Source: an uncultured Rhodobacteraceae bacterium | GTDB taxonomy: Bacteria > Pseudomonadota > Alphaproteobacteria > Rhodobacterales > Rhodobacteraceae | DNA: 64,000 nucleotides | Assembly: GCA_937138255.1 (NCBI GenBank) | Contig: CAKZOU010000033.1 | Location: forward strand, 14,622-78,621 | Direction: 5' to 3' | Shown here: one piece after another, positions 59,461 to 64,000 of the stretch | How the letters are laid out: each line of letters opens with the position of its first letter | Numbering within the stretch: position 1 is the stretch's first letter | The notes under the pieces: model-generated | Told to the model about the DNA's origin: nothing | The model's database searches: none | Seen by the model: the letters and a program-made list of their open reading frames with translations, nothing else | Translations under genes and position numbers: made by a program

Positions 59461-61149
59461 TTAGCTGTGTTCTTCGCGAGCCTTCTCAGCCAGGGCCCGG
59501 TTGTAGGCGCGCAGGGCATCGACATGGTAAAGTGCGCCCAGAAGATCAGGTGATCGATCTTCTCCTCGAATTCGGACAACGGGAAGAAAGTCTTGGCCCG
59601 TCTCCTCGAAATCGGGGAGCGCTTGGCGCAAGGTGTCGGAGGCGTCGATATAGCGGCCCTCACGGATCATCTCCCAACAGGTTTCTTCACTCGGAGCCCT
59701 CACGGTCCCGATCGCCCGCATGACGCTGGTCACGCGGACCTTGCCCAGAAGATAGGTCTGCGGCCCGGCGGCCAGATGGATGCCGCGGCGTTCGAGTTGG
59801 GTGAGAAAGAACGAACGGTCGACGAGGCGAGAGGCCAGCGCGGTCGAGAGAGAAACGGCAACCATCACCGCAAGGCCCGTCTGCCAGTCGCCGGTCAGCT
59901 CGAAAATGATGAGCGTGGTCGAGATCGGCGCCCCGAGAACGGCAGCCGCCACCGCGCCCATGCCGGCAAGGGCATAGAGCGTCGCCGGGCTTGAGCCCTC
60001 GGGAAAGACGTTGGTCGCGACGATGCCAAAGGCGAGACCAGCCAATGCCCCGACCATCAGAGAAGGGCTAAAGACCCCGCCGCCCATTCGCCCGCCGATT
60101 GTCACCGCCACAGCGATGATCTTGATCACGACAAAGACCACGGCTTGCAGCAAGAGAATCCGCCCCGTAACGGCCTCGGATGTCACGCCCCAGCCGACGC
60201 CGATGATATGCGGCCACCAGATCGCCATACCCCCTAGTATGGCTCCTGCAATCACTGGGCGCAGAATCCGGTGAATGCCGAACCGCTCTTGCACCACATC
60301 GCCAAAGCCTTCGGCCCAGAAGATCGATTTCATCAGGGTCGCTGCAACAAGCCCCGCGAAAAGGCCAAGGACGACAAAGGCCGGCAGTTCGGCATAGAAC
60401 CCCAGCTCTGTGTTGGGTGAGAGGTAGAATTCCGTCACATCCCCCATGACAAGGCGGCTCACCACGGTGCCCGCGACCGACGCAATGGCAATGGGGGCGA
60501 AGGCATTGACCGCGTAGTGCCGCAGCACCACCTCGAGGGCAAAAAGACCGCCCGCGATCGGCGCATTGAAACTGGCGGAGACAGCCCCGGCAACGGCACA
60601 GCCCATCAGGGTCCGGCCATGAACGCCATCGGCGTGAATCCATCGGCTCACATAGGTCGCCATGACCGCCGCCAGATGGACCACCGGCCCCTCGCGCCCG
60701 CTCGAGCCACCGGTCGAAAGGGTGATGAAGCTTGCCAGCGCCGAGGCAAGGCCCGCGCGGCGTGCGACGCGCCCTTCTCGCAGAGCCGCGCCTTCGATCA
60801 CATCGGCCACCGCTCGAACGCGGCCGTCGCCTGTGAAGATATGCAGCAATGTCCCGACTGCGAGCCCGCCGAACATCGGGATCGCCAGCAGCCAATACCA
60901 TTTGATCCGTGCCGCTTCCTGATGGATATGCGCGACATTGTCGGTGCCATAGAACAGCGATTGCAGCTCGCCCACGCCGATCCGAAAGAGCAGCGCCGCA
61001 AAGGCCGCCGCGACACCGATCAAAAGGGCGATGAACCAGAACTGAACCTCGCTCGGCCCCTTGCGGCGCATCACGCGCAGGCCATCCGCAAGCCCGCGCC
61101 GCAAGCCCTCGAATGTCTCGCGAAAGTAGCCACCCAGCTGTTCTGCCAT
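59461..61149 (-). CDS. CLC family chloride channel/transporter with C-terminal CBS-like region
   Basis: GREGP, FNAPIAG, GGVFSP, GAPIS. Confidence 0.92.
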   Translation of the reverse strand: MAEQLGGYFRETFEGLRRGLADGLRVMRRKGPSEVQFWFIALLIGVAAAFAALLFRIGVGELQSLFYGTDNVAHIHQEAARIKWYWLLAIPMFGGLAVGTLLHIFTGDGRVRAVADVIEGAALREGRVARRAGLASALASFITLSTGGSSGREGPVVHLAAVMATYVSRWIHADGVHGRTLMGCAVAGAVSASFNAPIAGGLFALEVVLRHYAVNAFAPIAIASVAGTVVSRLVMGDVTEFYLSPNTELGFYAELPAFVVLGLFAGLVAATLMKSIFWAEGFGDVVQERFGIHRILRPVIAGAILGGMAIWWPHIIGVGWGVTSEAVTGRILLLQAVVFVVIKIIAVAVTIGGRMGGGVFSPSLMVGALAGLAFGIVATNVFPEGSSPATLYALAGMGAVAAAVLGAPISTTLIIFELTGDWQTGLAVMVAVSLSTALASRLVDRSFFLTQLERRGIHLAAGPQTYLLGKVRVTSVMRAIGTVRAPSEETCWEMIREGRYIDASDTLRQALPDFEETGQDFLPVVRIRGEDRSPDLLGALYHVDALRAYNRALAEKAREEHS

Positions 61150-61217
61150 GCCCCTCGCCGCTTTTCCTTGCCGGCGGCCTCAACTAACCTGCCCCGGACA
61201 ATAGAGTTGAGCCTGCC

Positions 61218-62591
61218 ATGACAATCGAAACCGCCATCCACGCCCTTCAATCCTTTCTAGGGGATCGTATCACGCGGTCCAAGTCTGATCGCGATCTGCA
61301 TGGGCAATCGGAAAGCCATTTTCCCCCGACCCCACCAGATGCTGTCGCCTATCCCGAGAACACGGCTGAGGTGGCGGCGCTGGTGCGGATCTGCGCCGAA
61401 CATGGCTGCCCGGTGATCGGCTGGGGCGCGGGGACATCGCTTGAAGGGCATGGCCTCGCCATTCGCGGCGGGATCTCGGTCGATTTCTCGCGGATGAACA
61501 GGGTTCTCGAGGTCAGCCCCGAGGATATGGACGCCCGCGTCCAACCCGGTGTCACCCGCGAGGCGCTGAATGCCGAGCTGCGCGCCACAGGCCTCTTCTT
61601 CCCCGTCGATCCCGGCGCCAACGCGAGCCTCGGCGGCATGGCCGCCACGCGGGCGAGCGGCACGACCGCCGTGCGCTATGGCACGATGCGCGACAATGTC
61701 TTGGGGCTTGAGGTCGTTCTGGCCGATGGCCGGATCATCCGCACCGGCACCCGCGCCCGCAAATCCTCGGCGGGCTATGACCTTACCGCGCTTTTCGTGG
61801 GCTCCGAGGGCACGCTTGGCCTCATCACCGAGCTGACCCTGCGCCTGCGCGGCCAGCCGCAGGCCACCTCGGCCGCTGTTTGCGCCTTCGAGACGATGGA
61901 GGGCGCGGTGGCCGCCGTGATCGAGACGATCCAAAGCGGCGTGCCGATGGCGCGGATCGAGTTTGTCGATGCGGCCACGGCGCTGGCGGTCAACGGCTTT
62001 TCCGGGGCCAATTTCCCCGCCCTGCCCCATCTTCTTGTCGAGTTCCATGGCACCGAAGCAGGCGTGGCCGAACAGGCCGAGACCTTTGGCGCCATCGCCG
62101 CCGAGCATGGCGGGCGCGGCTTCGATTGGGCGCGGCAGGCGGAGGACCGCAACCGCCTGTGGAAGATGCGCCACGACGCCTATCTGGCGATCCTCGCCTC
62201 GCGCCCCGGCGCGCGGGCCATCGTCACCGATGTCTGCGTGCCGATCTCGCGGCTGGCGGAGGCCGTGGCCGAAACGCAGGCCGATATCGAAGCCTCGCCG
62301 ATCCCCGGCCCGATCCTCGGCCATGTGGGCGACGGAAATTTCCACGCGATCCTGTTGATGGACACCTCAAACCCCCAAGAGGTCGAAGCCGCCGAGGCGC
62401 TGTCCGCCCGTATGGCCGAACGTGCCCTGCGGCTTGGCGGGACCGTCACGGGCGAACATGGCGTCGGCATGGGCAAGCTTGCCTATATGGAGGCCGAGCA
62501 CGGCGGCGGCTGGGATGTGATGGGGGCGATCAAGGCGGCCCTCGATCCCGAGGGGATCATGAACCCCGGCAAGATCGTCCGCGGCAACTAG
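61218..62591 (+). CDS. FAD-linked oxidase, D-lactate dehydrogenase (cytochrome)/GlcD family
   Basis: GAGTSLEG, PVDPG, GSEGTLG, GHVGDGNFH, GEHGVG, MNPGK. Confidence 0.9.
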   Translation: MTIETAIHALQSFLGDRITRSKSDRDLHGQSESHFPPTPPDAVAYPENTAEVAALVRICAEHGCPVIGWGAGTSLEGHGLAIRGGISVDFSRMNRVLEVSPEDMDARVQPGVTREALNAELRATGLFFPVDPGANASLGGMAATRASGTTAVRYGTMRDNVLGLEVVLADGRIIRTGTRARKSSAGYDLTALFVGSEGTLGLITELTLRLRGQPQATSAAVCAFETMEGAVAAVIETIQSGVPMARIEFVDAATALAVNGFSGANFPALPHLLVEFHGTEAGVAEQAETFGAIAAEHGGRGFDWARQAEDRNRLWKMRHDAYLAILASRPGARAIVTDVCVPISRLAEAVAETQADIEASPIPGPILGHVGDGNFHAILLMDTSNPQEVEAAEALSARMAERALRLGGTVTGEHGVGMGKLAYMEAEHGGGWDVMGAIKAALDPEGIMNPGKIVRGN

Positions 62592-64000
62592 CCCAAGAGC
62601 GCCTTGGCCGCGGCGCGGGCGGCATCGGTGATCTGGTCGCCCGAAAGCATTCGCGCGATCTCGTCTATGCGCTCTGTCGCATCGAGCGGCACCACAGCCG
62701 TAGTGGTCTCGGTCTCGGTCTGCCGCTTCTCGACCCGCCAGTGATGGCCTGCGAGTGCGGCGACCTGCGGCGAGTGGGTCACGACCAAGACCTGCCCCTC
62801 CTTGGCCAGAGCTGCCAGCCTGCGGCCCACGGCATCGGCCGTGGCCCCGCCCACGCCGCGGTCGATCTCGTCGAAAATCAGGGTAAGGCCCGCATCGGTC
62901 TGGGTCAGGCAAACCTTGAGCGCCAGAAGGAACCGGCTGAGTTCGCCGCCCGAGGCGATCTTGGCCAAGGGGCCGGCGGGCGCGCCGGGGTTTGTGGCGA
63001 CAGTAAAGGCGACCTGATCGAAGCCCTCGGGACCAGCCTCGGTTTGGCTGATCTCGGTCGAAAAGAGCGCCCGCTCCATCTTGAGCGGCGCAAGCTCGCC
63101 CGCCATGGCCTTGTCGAGCCGTTTTGCCGCCTCGTGGCGCGTGGCGCTCAAGGCTTTGGCGGCGGCAGCATAGGCCGCTTCAGCGTTGTTCAGATTGGCC
63201 CTGAGGGTCTTTAGACCCGCCTCGCTGTTGTCGAGCGCCTCGATCCGGGCGCGGAAATTCTCGGCCAGCGCGGGCAGATCATCGGGCGCCACGCCATGTT
63301 TGCGGGCAAGGCCGCGGATCGCGAAAAGGCGCTCCTCCAGCCGTTCCAGATCACTCGCATCGAAACTCAGCGCCTCGAGGCAATCCTCGACCCCGCGCTG
63401 CGCTTCGCCCAGTTCGGTCATGGCCCGCTCGAGCGCCGCCAAAGGCTCGTCGAGCCGCCCCTCGGCCCTGTCGGCGGCATCGCCCAACCAGCGCGAGGCA
63501 TCCGAGAGCATCCCCTCGGCCCCCTCATAGCCCAACGCCTGATGGGCGCGGCCGATATCGGCGCGGATCTTCTCGGCGGCCTGCATCAGGCGGCGCTTCG
63601 CATCGAGCGCCTCGTCCTCGCCCACCTCGGGCGACAGCGCGTCAAGCTCCGCCGCCGCGTGGCGCAGATATTCCTCTTCGGCCCGCGCCTCGGCCAGCCG
63701 GACCTCGGCATCGGCCAGCGCCTTGGCGGCGGCGGTTCTGGCGGACCATGCCTTGCGGGTCTCGGCCAGAAGATCGCCCGCCTCGGCAAAAGTATCGAGA
63801 AGTTGCCTGTGCCCGCGCGGATTGAGAAGGCCACGGTCGTCGTGCTGGCCGTGCAACTCGACAAGCCCCTCGGACAAGGCCCGCAAGACCTCGCCCGACA
63901 CCCGCCGGTCGTTGACCCAAGCCGTCTTGCGCCCGTCGGCCGCATTGACCCGCCGCAGGATCAACTCGCCGTCCTCGGCCTCGATCCCCGCCTCGGCCAG
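62588..64000 (-). CDS. recN: DNA repair protein RecN, 5' part outside window
   Basis: LHGQHD, coiled coil, ASGGELSR, IFDEID, VTHSPQVAA. Confidence 0.96.
   Translation of the reverse strand: MAEAGIEAEDGELILRRVNAADGRKTAWVNDRRVSGEVLRALSEGLVELHGQHDDRGLLNPRGHRQLLDTFAEAGDLLAETRKAWSARTAAAKALADAEVRLAEARAEEEYLRHAAAELDALSPEVGEDEALDAKRRLMQAAEKIRADIGRAHQALGYEGAEGMLSDASRWLGDAADRAEGRLDEPLAALERAMTELGEAQRGVEDCLEALSFDASDLERLEERLFAIRGLARKHGVAPDDLPALAENFRARIEALDNSEAGLKTLRANLNNAEAAYAAAAKALSATRHEAAKRLDKAMAGELAPLKMERALFSTEISQTEAGPEGFDQVAFTVATNPGAPAGPLAKIASGGELSRFLLALKVCLTQTDAGLTLIFDEIDRGVGGATADAVGRRLAALAKEGQVLVVTHSPQVAALAGHHWRVEKRQTETETTTAVVPLDATERIDEIARMLSGDQITDAARAAAKALLG

Noticed and set aside
1..64000. CRISPR arrays, tRNA/rRNA, IS elements, integrases, prophage or defence genes
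   Set aside because: None recognised; nearly all sequence is explained by identifiable CDSs with short spacers. tRNAscan and Infernal runs would be needed to exclude small RNAs.

Overview
High-GC alphaproteobacterial chromosome segment. Gene content and order point to Rhodobacteraceae (Roseobacter/Rhodobacter type); this assignment is inference. It is almost all core or conserved metabolic DNA. In order: partial GGDEF-EAL gene, nuoA, leucine/isovalerate catabolism operon (ivd-mccB-mccA-hmgL-crotonase), glmU-glmS-AlkD-like-moaA, an M20 amidohydrolase/FAD oxidoreductase/argE operon divergent from an Opp/Dpp ABC transporter, YeeE, DUF3422, ornithine decarboxylase, RluE, SoxW-like, pntAB, kynU/kynA, IorAB-like molybdoenzyme, a Hint-domain gene, malate synthase G, gatB, trpA, idi, two c-type cytochromes, bolA, a DnaJ-domain gene, cobS/cobT, aminopeptidase P, CLC, a D-lactate dehydrogenase-like gene and partial recN. 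I found no rRNA, tRNA, CRISPR array, IS, integrase or prophage, and I cannot support a clearly new multi-gene system. The best leads are: a near-standalone Hint (BIL-type) protein with a 37-aa N-extein; two copies of a modular palindromic intergenic repeat; a structured, possibly Arg-uORF-containing leader of the ornithine decarboxylase; a c-di-GMP gene sitting where nuoB is expected; a CLC with a non-canonical filter; and several candidate operators. Some start codons were moved from the ORF track using RBS position, gene overlap and family length. All family calls come from motif recognition, not database searches.
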